IMG/VR virus record: IMGVR_UViG_2529293150_000011
Reading direction: 5' to 3' (one strand)
DNA: 6,457 bases
From: a virus
Taxonomy: Duplodnaviria > Heunggongvirae > Uroviricota > Caudoviricetes
Part shown: positions 1 through 6,457 of the stretch, in pieces
Position numbering within the stretch: position 1 is the stretch's first letter
Layout of the letters: every line of letters begins with the position of its first letter
The notes under the pieces: generated by a model
What the model saw: the letters and a program-made list of their open reading frames with translations, nothing else
The model's database searches: none
What the model was told of the DNA's origin: nothing
Program-made: the position numbers and the translations under genes

Positions 1-666
1 GCGACGCACACACTCCCTCTGGCGTCACCGGGCATGGCGCGCATCTGCCTTTACGGGGATTTGCAACGATTTGGCCGCCGCATCGACCTTCGTGTGAAAA
101 CGGGGGCTGAAGCCATCCGCGCACTGGCCACACAGCTCCCGGTGTTTCGTCAGAAACTGAGCGACGGCTGGTATCAGGTACGGATTGCCGGGCGGGACGT
201 CAGCACGTCCGGGTTAACGGCGCAGTTACATGAGACTCTGCCTGATGGCGCTGTGATTCATATTGTTCCCAGAGTCGCCGGGGCCAAGTCAGGTGGCGTA
301 TTCCAGATTGTTCTGGGGGCTGCCGCCATTGCCGGATCATTCTTTACCGCCGGGGCCACCCTTGCAGCATGGGGGGCAGCCATTGTGGCCGGTGGTATGA
401 CCGGCATCCTGTTTTCTCTCGGTGCCAGTATGGTGCTCGGTGGTGTGGCGCAGATGCTGGCACCGAAAGCCAGAACTCCCCGTACACAGACAACGGATAA
501 CGGCAAACAGAACACCTATTTCTCCTCACTGGATAACATGGTTGCCCAGGGCAATGTTCTGCCGGTTCTGTACGGTGAAATGCGCGTGGGGTCGCGGGTG
601 GTCTCTCAGGAGATCAGCACGGCAGACGAAGGGGATGGTGGTCAGGTTGTGGTGATTGGTCGCTGA
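1..666 (+). CDS. I: Tail tip assembly protein I (lambda gpI family), 5'-partial; the reading frame is open from base 1 and stops at TGA 664-666
   Basis: Frame-1 ORF open from the window edge; the first in-frame ATG is at 34. The translation (MARICLYGDLQRFGRRIDLRVKTGAEAIRALATQLP...GDGGQVVVIGR) matches lambda gpI as I recall it, and the residues encoded by bases 1-33 (ATHTLPLASPG) match the gpI N-terminus, so the true start lies just upstream of the window. It contains a Gly/Ala-rich hydrophobic central segment (GAAAIAGSFFTAGATLAAWGAAIVAGGMTGILFSLGASMVLGG). Confidence 0.85.
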   Translation, partial: ATHTLPLASPGMARICLYGDLQRFGRRIDLRVKTGAEAIRALATQLPVFRQKLSDGWYQVRIAGRDVSTSGLTAQLHETLPDGAVIHIVPRVAGAKSGGVFQIVLGAAAIAGSFFTAGATLAAWGAAIVAGGMTGILFSLGASMVLGGVAQMLAPKARTPRTQTTDNGKQNTYFSSLDNMVAQGNVLPVLYGEMRVGSRVVSQEISTADEGDGGQVVVIGR

Positions 667-684
667 TGCAAAATGTTTTATGTG

Positions 685-705
685 AAACCGCCTCCGGGCG
701 GTTTT
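685..705 (+). terminator. I-J intergenic stem-loop (8-bp stem AAACCGCC / GGCGGTTT, loop TCCG) followed by a T-rich tail; possible attenuator or weak intrinsic terminator
   Basis: Seen directly: aaaccgcc-tccg-ggcggtttt-gtcgttt, immediately before the J ribosome-binding site (GGAG at 715-718, ATG at 727). It lies inside a late operon, so it may be read through or only stabilise the RNA. Confidence 0.3.
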
Positions 706-726
706 GTCGTTTATGGAGCGTGAGGA

Positions 727-3700
727 ATGGGTAAAGGCAGCAGTAAGGGGCATACCCCGCGCGAAGCGAAGGACAACCTGAAGTCCACGCAGCTGCTGAG
801 TGTGATCGATGCCATCAGCGAAGGGCCGGTTGAAGGTCCGGTGGATGGATTAAAAAGCGTGCTGCTGAACAGTACGCCGGTGCTGGACAGTGAGGGGAAT
901 ACCAATATCTCCGGCGTCACGGTGGTGTTCCGGGCCGGTGAGCAGGAGCAGACACCGCCGGAGGGATTTGAATCCTCCGGCTCCGAGACGGTGCTGGGTA
1001 CGGAAGTGAAATATGACACGCCGATCACCCGGACCATCACGTCGGCAAACATTGACCGTCTGCGTTTTACCTTCGGTGTGCAGGCACTGGTGGAAACCAC
1101 CTCAAAGGGGACCGGAATCCGTCGGAAGTCCGCCTGCTGGTTCAGATACAACGTAACGGTGGCTGGGTGACGGAAAAAGACATCACCATTAAGGGCAAAA
1201 CCACCTCGCAGTATCTGGCCTCGGTGGTGGTGGATAACCTGCCGCCGCGCCCGTTATATCCGGATGCGCAGGATGACGCCGGACAGCACCACAGACCAGC
1301 TGCAGAACAAAACGCTCTGGTCGTCATACACCGAAATATCGATGTGAAACAGTGCTACCCGAACACGGCACTGGTCGGCGTGCAGGTGGATCGGAGCAGT
1401 TCGGCAGCCAGCAGGTGAGCCGTAATTATCATCTTCGCGGGCGCATTCTGCAGGTGCCGTCGAACTATAACCCGCAGACGCGACAATACAGCGGTATCTG
1501 GGACGGAACGTTAAACCGCATACAGCAACAACATGGCCTGGTGTCTGTGGGATATGCTGACCCACCGCGCTACGGCATGGGGAAACGTCTTGGTGCGGCG
1601 GATGTGGAAAATGGGCGCTGTATGTCATCGGCCAGTACTGCGACCAGTCAGTGCCGGACGGCTTTGGCGGCACGGAGCCGCGCATCACCTGTAATGCTAC
1701 CTGACCACACAGCGCAAGGCGTGGGATGTGCTCAGTGATTTCTGCTCGGCGATGCGCTGTATGCCGGTATGGAACGGGCAGACGCTGACGTTCGTGCAGG
1801 ACCGACCGTCGGATAAGGTGTGGACCTATAACCGCAGTAATGTGGTGATGCCGGATGATGGCGCGCCGTTCCGCTACAGCTTCAGCGCCCTGAAGGACCG
1901 CCATAATGCCGTTGAGGTGAACTGGATTGACCCGAACAACGGCTGGGAGACGGCGACAGAGCTTGTTGAAGATACGCAGGCCATTGCCCGTTACGGTCGT
2001 AACGTCACGAAGATGGATGCCTTTGGCTGTACCAGCCGGGGGCAGGCACACCGCGCCGGGCTGTGGCTGATTAAAACGGAACTGCTGGAAACGCAGACCG
2101 TGGACTTCAGCGTGGGTGCGAAGGGCTTCGCCATGTACCGGGGATGTCATTGAAATCTGCGATGATGACTATGCGGTATCAGCACCGGCGGGCGCGTGCT
2201 GGCGGTGAACAGCCAGACCCGGACGCTGACGCTCGACCGTGAAATCACGCTGCCATCCTCCGGTACCACGCTGATAAGCCTGGTTGACGGAAGTGGCAAT
2301 CCGGTCAGCGTGGAGGTCCAGTCCGTCACCGACGGCGTGAAGGTAAAAGTGAGCCGTGTTCCTGACGGCGTTGCAGAATACAGCGTGTGGGGGCTGAAGC
2401 TGCCGACGCTGCGCCAGCGCCTGTTCCGCTGTGTGAGTATCCGTGAGAACGATGACGGCACGTATGCCATCACTGCCGTGCAGCATGTACCGGAAAAAGA
2501 AGCCATCGTGGATAACGGGGCGCACTTTGACGGCGACCAGAGCGGCACGGTGAATGGTGTCACGCCGCCAGCGGTGCAGCACCTGACCGCCGAAGTCACC
2601 GCAGGCAGCGGGGAATATCAGGTGCTGGCGCGCTGGGACACGCCGAAGGTGGTGAAGGGCGTGAGCTTCCTGCTCCGTCTGACCGTAACAGCGGATGACG
2701 GCAGTGAGCGGCTGGTCAGCACGGCCCGGACGACGGAAACCACATACCGCTTCACGCAACTGGCGCTGGGGAACTACAGGCTGACAGTCCGGGCGGTAAA
2801 TGCGTGGGGGCAGCAGGGCGATCCGGCGTCGGTATCGTTCCGGATTGCCGCACCGGCAGCACCGTCGAGGATTGAGCTGACGCCGGGCTATTTTCAGATA
2901 ACCGCCACGCCGCATCTTGCCGTTTATGACCCGACGGTACAGTTTGAGTTCTGGTTCTCGGAAAAACGGATTGCGGATATCAGGCAGGTTGAAACCAGCG
3001 CGCGTTATCTTGGTACGGCACTGTACTGGATAGCCGCCAGTATCAATATCAAACCGGGCCATGATTATTATTTTTACGTTCGCAGTGTGAACACCGTTGG
3101 CAAATCGGCATTCGTGGAGGCTGTCGGTCAGCCGAGTGATGATGCATCAGGCTATCTGGATTTTTTCAAAGGCGAGATAGGGAAAACCCATCTGGCTCAG
3201 GAGCTGTGGACGCAGATTGATAACGGTCAGCTTGCGCCTGACCTGACTGAAATCAGGACGTCCATAACGGATGTCAGCAATGAAATAACACAGACCGTCA
3301 ATAAGAAACTGGAAGACCAGAGTGCAGCGATCCAGCAGATACAGAAGGTTCAGGTTGATACAAATAATAACCTGAACAGCATGTGGGCAGTGAAGCTGCA
3401 GCAGATGCAGGACGGACGCCTTTATATTGCGGGTATCGGCCTCAGTATGGAGGACACGGCTGACGGCATGCAGAGTCAGGTGCTGCTGGCAGCAGACAGG
3501 ATTGCGATGATTAATCCTGCGAATGGCAACACAAAGCCGATGTTTGTTGGTCAGGGCAACCAGATATTCATGAACGACGTGTTCCTGAAACGCCTGACGG
3601 CACCCACCATTACCAGCGGTGGCAGTCCTCCGGTATTTTCCCTGACATCAGACGGAAAGCTGACCGCTAAAAATGCGGATATCAGTGGCAGTGTGAATGC

Positions 3701-4211
3701 GAACTCAGGAACGCTCAACAATGTCACGATTAACCAGAACTGTACGATTAAGGGCATGCTGGAGGCGACCCAGGTCAGAGGGGATTTCGTTAAAGCTGTA
3801 TCAAAAGCCTTCCCGAAAAAAGTCGGTACGTGGGGTAACACGGAAACACCAGACGGTACGGTTACAGTCACCATCAGCGATGATCATAACTTTGACCGCC
3901 AGATTATTATTCCGCCCATTATTTTTAACGGTATAGCGTATGACGATCCGGGGAGCGGAAATAACCCAGGAGGCACGCGATACACGGGTTATGGTTTTGA
4001 AGTTCGCAAAAACGGCGTATTAATCGCGTCCAGAGAAACTAAAGGGGCCATTCCCGGTAGTTACAGTGCGGTTATTGATATGCCGAGTGGCAGGGGAAGC
4101 GTCACTCTGGAGTTTAAGATTTTCCAGAAAGGCAATCAGGGGGCAGGCAATATCACCGACTGTACGGTGATTGTGACCAAAAAAGCCGCTTCCGGCATCA
4201 GTATTCGTTGA
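727..4211 (+). pseudogene. J: Host specificity protein J (central tail fibre / tail tip), interrupted by multiple frameshifts in the first ~1.5 kb; about 1160 codons if repaired
   Basis: Five same-strand ORFs tile the interval with overlaps and frame changes: 727-1170 (frame 1), 1167-1418 (frame 3), 1352-1738 (frame 2), 1728-2153 (frame 3), 2196-4211 (frame 3). Their translations are successive pieces of one lambda-J-like protein (MGKGSSKGHTPREAKDNLKSTQLLSVIDAISEGP..., then TEKDITIKGKTTSQYLASVV, then SEQFGSQQVSRNYHLRGRILQVPSNYNPQTRQYSGIWDG, then LSDFCSAMRCMPVWNGQTLTFVQDRPSD..., then [23 protein letters not shown]...). Ribosome-binding site GGAG is 8 nt upstream of ATG 727. Total length is about that of lambda J. 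Confidence 0.8.
2196..4211 (+). CDS. J: Longest intact ORF inside the J locus (671 codons from an internal GTG); central FN3-like region plus C-terminal receptor-binding region of host specificity protein J
   Basis: Uninterrupted frame-3 ORF ending at TGA 4209-4211. The N-terminal ~300 residues are lambda-J-like; the C-terminal ~350 residues are divergent but end in a J-like motif ([10 protein letters not shown]). This is probably not an independent gene but the undamaged distal part of J. Confidence 0.55.
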   Translation: MLAVNSQTRTLTLDREITLPSSGTTLISLVDGSGNPVSVEVQSVTDGVKVKVSRVPDGVAEYSVWGLKLPTLRQRLFRCVSIRENDDGTYAITAVQHVPEKEAIVDNGAHFDGDQSGTVNGVTPPAVQHLTAEVTAGSGEYQVLARWDTPKVVKGVSFLLRLTVTADDGSERLVSTARTTETTYRFTQLALGNYRLTVRAVNAWGQQGDPASVSFRIAAPAAPSRIELTPGYFQITATPHLAVYDPTVQFEFWFSEKRIADIRQVETSARYLGTALYWIAASINIKPGHDYYFYVRSVNTVGKSAFVEAVGQPSDDASGYLDFFKGEIGKTHLAQELWTQIDNGQLAPDLTEIRTSITDVSNEITQTVNKKLEDQSAAIQQIQKVQVDTNNNLNSMWAVKLQQMQDGRLYIAGIGLSMEDTADGMQSQVLLAADRIAMINPANGNTKPMFVGQGNQIFMNDVFLKRLTAPTITSGGSPPVFSLTSDGKLTAKNADISGSVNANSGTLNNVTINQNCTIKGMLEATQVRGDFVKAVSKAFPKKVGTWGNTETPDGTVTVTISDDHNFDRQIIIPPIIFNGIAYDDPGSGNNPGGTRYTGYGFEVRKNGVLIASRETKGAIPGSYSAVIDMPSGRGSVTLEFKIFQKGNQGAGNITDCTVIVTKKAASGISIR

Positions 4212-4232
4212 AATATTTATAACCCCAATAAA

Positions 4233-4257
4233 GGGCGTCAGGAATGGTGCCTTTTTT
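4233..4257 (+). terminator. Putative rho-independent terminator downstream of J (tJ-like)
   Basis: Stem GGCGTCA / TGGTGCC (7 bp including two G-U pairs) with a GGAA tetraloop, followed by TTTTTT at 4252-4257; located 22 nt after the J stop codon. Confidence 0.45.
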
Positions 4258-4270
4258 ATTGCAGAAAAGC

Positions 4271-4276
4271 GAGAGG
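4271..4276 (+). promoter_or_regulatory. Ribosome-binding site for lom (GAGAGG, 5 nt before ATG 4282)
   Basis: Purine-rich Shine-Dalgarno-like hexamer at the appropriate spacing from the start codon. Confidence 0.5.
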
Positions 4277-4281
4277 TAATT

Positions 4282-4881
4282 ATGCGTAAACTTTATGCCG
4301 CCATTTTGTCCGCAGCCATTTGTCTGGCTGTATCCGGTGCGCCTGCATGGGCGTCTGAACATCAGTCCACGCTGAGCGCGGGGTATCTTCATGCCCGGAC
4401 CAACGTTCCCGGCAGTGATGATCTGAACGGGATTAACGTGAAATACCGTTATGAGTTTACGGACACACTGGGGATGGTGACGTCATTCAGCTATGCAGGA
4501 GACAAGAATCGCCAGATTACCCGTTACAGCGATACCCGCTGGCATGAAGATTCAGTGCGTAACCGCTGGTTCAGCGTGATGGCGGGGCCATCTGTACGCG
4601 TGAATGAATGGTTCAGTGCTTATGCGGTAGCGGGTGTGGCTTACAGCCGTGTGTCGACTTTCTCCGGGGATTATCTCCGCGTAACTGACAGCAAGGGGAA
4701 AACGCACGATGTGCTGACCGGAAGTGATGACGCTCGCCACAGTAACACCTCTCTGGCGTGGGGAGCTGGGGTGCAGTTTAACCCGACCGAATCCGTGGCC
4801 GTTGATGTCGCTTATGAAGGCTCCGGCAGTGGCGGCTGGCGCACTGACGGGTTCATCGTGGGTGTTGGCTATAAATTCTGA
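4282..4881 (+). CDS. lom: Lom-like outer membrane protein (Ail/Lom/OmpX/PagC family 8-stranded beta-barrel), 199 aa with a predicted signal peptide
   Basis: Clean ORF with RBS. N-terminal signal peptide [24 protein letters not shown] with an AxA cleavage motif. The C-terminus [23 protein letters not shown] is almost identical to lambda Lom as I recall it, and it ends in an aromatic residue typical of beta-barrel outer membrane proteins. Its position between J and stf matches lambda and Rac. Confidence 0.85.
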   Translation: MRKLYAAILSAAICLAVSGAPAWASEHQSTLSAGYLHARTNVPGSDDLNGINVKYRYEFTDTLGMVTSFSYAGDKNRQITRYSDTRWHEDSVRNRWFSVMAGPSVRVNEWFSAYAVAGVAYSRVSTFSGDYLRVTDSKGKTHDVLTGSDDARHSNTSLAWGAGVQFNPTESVAVDVAYEGSGSGGWRTDGFIVGVGYKF

Positions 4882-4908
4882 TTAGCCAGGTAACACAGTG
4901 TTATGACA

Positions 4909-4934
4909 GCCCGCCGGTTCAGGCGGGCTTTTTT
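4909..4934 (+). terminator. Rho-independent terminator downstream of lom
   Basis: Perfect 7-bp GC-rich stem GCCCGCC / GGCGGGC with a 6-nt loop (GGTTCA) followed by TTTTTT (4929-4934); 28 nt after the lom stop codon. Confidence 0.75.
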
Positions 4935-4945
4935 GTGGGGTGAAT

Positions 4946-6457
4946 ATGGCAGTAAAGATTTCAGGTGTACTGAAAGACGGCACAGGAAAACCGGTACAGA
5001 ACTGCACAATCCAGCTGAAAGCAAAACGTAACAGCACCACGGTGGTGGTGAACACGCTGGCCTCAGAAAATCCGGATGAAGCCGGGCGTTACAGCATGGA
5101 CGTTGAGTACGGTCAGTACAGCGTTATTCTGTTGGTGGAAGGATTCCCGCCGTCACATGCCGGGACCATCACCGTGTATGAAGATTCTCAACCCGGTACG
5201 CTGAATGATTTTCTCGGTGCCATGACGGAGGATGATGCCCGTCCGGAGGCACTGCGCCGTTTTGAACTGATGGTGGAAGAGGTGGCGCGTAACGCGTCCG
5301 TAGTGGCACAGAACACGGCAGCCGCGAAGAAGTCAGCCGGCGATGCCGGCACATCTGCCCGTGAGGCGGCAACCCATGCGACTGATGCTGCAGGCTCAGC
5401 ACGCGCAGCCAGCACGTCAGCCGGACAGGCCGCTTCGTCGGCTCAGTCAGCGTCTTCCAGCGCAGGAACGGCATCAACAAAGGCCACTGAAGCCTCAAAA
5501 AGTGCTGCCGCTGCAGAGTCCTCAAAAAGCGTGGCAGCTACCAGTGCCGCTGCGGCGAAAACGTCAGAAACGAATGCCGCAGCGTCAGAACAATCAGCCG
5601 CCACTTCAGCATCCACCGCGACCACGAAAGCGTCAGAAGCTGCCACCTCAGCCCGGGATGCGGCGGCCTCAAAAGAGGCAGCGAAATCATCAGAAACGAA
5701 CGCATCCTCGAGCGCCAGTAGCGCAGCTTCCTCGGCAACGGCGGCAGGCAAATTCCGCGAAGGCGGCAAAAACGTCCGAGACGAACGCCAGGTCTTCTGA
5801 GACGGCAGCGGGACAGAGCGCCTCAGCTGCGGCAGGCTCAAAAACAGCGGCTGCGTCGTCTGCCAGTGCCGCGTCAACAAGTGCCGGGCAGGCCTCAGCC
5901 AGTGCCACCGCCGCCGGAAAATCGGCAGAAAGCGCCGCATCATCCGCTTCAACAGCCACAACGAAGGCTGGCGAAGCCACTGAACAGGCCAGCGCAGCAG
6001 CGAGGTCAGCTTCCGCAGCGAAGACATCCGAAACGAACGCGAAAGCGTCGGAAACCCGTGCAGAATCCTCAAAAACGGCAGCGGCATCGTCCGCCAGTTC
6101 GGCGGCGTCATCGGCATCATCGGCGTCTGCTTCAAAAGATGAGGCGACCAGACAGGCGTCAGCAGCGAAGGGCAGCGCCACGACGGCATCCACGAAGGCG
6201 ACAGAGGCTGCTGGTAGTGCGAAGGCAGCAGCTCAGAGCAAAAGTACGGCGGAATCTGCAGCAACGCGCGCTGAGACAGCGGCAAAACGGGCAGAGGATA
6301 TTGCATCCGCCGTGGCACTTGAGGATGCGAGCACGACGAAAAAGGGGATAGTACAGCTCAGTAGTGCGACTAACAGCACTTCCGAGTCACTGGCGGCAAC
6401 ACCAAAAGCCGTTAAGGCCGCGTATGACCTGGCTAACGGGAAATACACCGCACAGGA
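4946..6457 (+). pseudogene. stf: Side tail fibre protein Stf (StfR-like), N-terminal ~500 codons; frameshifted near 5750 and running off the 3' end of the window
   Basis: ATG at 4946 (the ORF track begins at an upstream in-frame GTG at 4940) gives MAVKISGVLKDGTGKPVQNCTIQLKAKRNSTTVVVNTLASENPDEAGRYSMDVEYGQYSVILLVEGFPPSHAGTITVYEDSQPGTLNDFLGAMTEDDARPEALRRFELMVEEVARNAS..., the conserved Stf N-terminus. Frame 2 stops at TGA 5798-5800, but frame 3 from ~5752 reads on without a stop to the window end (NSAKAAKTSETNARSSETAAGQSASAAAGSK...AEDIASAVALEDASTTKKGIVQLSSATNSTSESLAATPKAVKAAYDLANGKYTAQ), continuing the Stf shaft. This is consistent with a 1-bp insertion in an A-run at ~5749-5751. Confidence 0.75.
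5320..6250 (+). repeat. Ala/Ser/Thr-rich low-complexity region of the Stf shaft with degenerate, irregularly spaced repeats (recurring K-T/S-SETNA motif)
   Basis: The motif AAKTSETNA / AKSSETNA recurs at about 5558, 5684, 5767 and 6020 at the DNA level (aaaacgtcagaaacgaa-like), embedded in GCN/TCN-rich sequence. Both strands lack stop codons over long stretches, which generates long shadow ORFs. Confidence 0.5.

Noticed and set aside
727-2200. Programmed ribosomal frameshifting as an explanation for the frame changes in J
   Set aside because: There are far too many shifts (about 12) in mixed directions, with no consistent slippery heptamer or downstream stimulatory structure. The programmed frameshift known in lambda tail genes is in G/GT, not J.
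1254-3062. Two long minus-strand ORFs (1254-2150, 298 aa; 2169-3062, 297 aa) antisense to J
   Set aside because: They lie entirely inside the well-supported + strand J coding region and have Arg/Pro/His-rich, low-plausibility translations with no RBS context. They are typical shadow ORFs of GC-rich coding sequence.
3551-3936. Small ORFs 3551-3874 (-) and 3697-3936 (+) inside the J C-terminal region
   Set aside because: They are embedded in other frames of the intact 2196-4211 ORF and lack start context. They are most likely chance ORFs.
4208-4223. Possible sigma-70 promoter (TTGAAA ... TATAAC) at the end of J that might drive lom
   Set aside because: The spacing between the candidate -35 and -10 hexamers is poor, and the element lies upstream of the terminator-like hairpin at 4233-4257, so it would not obviously serve lom. 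This is not supportable from sequence alone.
5169-6448. Minus-strand ORFs 5169-5525, 5443-6318, 5690-6193 and 6233-6448, and the Arg-rich + strand ORF 5866-6351
   Set aside because: All overlap the Ala/Ser/Thr-rich stf shaft, where GCN/TCN codon repetition removes stop codons in every frame. Their translations are low-complexity (poly-Ala/Asp, poly-Arg/Pro/Gln) and are not credible proteins.
1-6457. CRISPR arrays, tRNA/rRNA genes, IS elements or inverted-repeat transposon ends
   Set aside because: I found no regularly spaced direct repeats with unique spacers, no tRNA-like cloverleaf candidates and no terminal inverted repeats. The only repeats are the degenerate coding repeats within stf.

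Overview
This window is the distal tail-tip and tail-fibre module of a lambdoid (lambda/Rac-like) enterobacterial prophage, all on the + strand: the 3' part of tail-tip assembly gene I, host-specificity gene J, the lom outer-membrane protein gene, and the 5' two-thirds of side-tail-fibre gene stf. Gene identities rest on my recollection of the lambda and E. coli Rac proteins, not on a database search. I see no novel defence or other undescribed system here. The noteworthy points are that J is broken by about a dozen single-base frameshifts confined to its first 1.5 kb while its last 2 kb form one intact 671-codon ORF, that stf carries one frameshift near 5750, that the J C-terminal receptor-binding region looks divergent and more AT-rich, and that lom sits between two intrinsic terminators like a moron. 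Whether the frameshifts are real decay of a defective prophage or homopolymer sequencing errors cannot be decided from the sequence alone. No tRNA, rRNA, CRISPR array or IS element was recognised.
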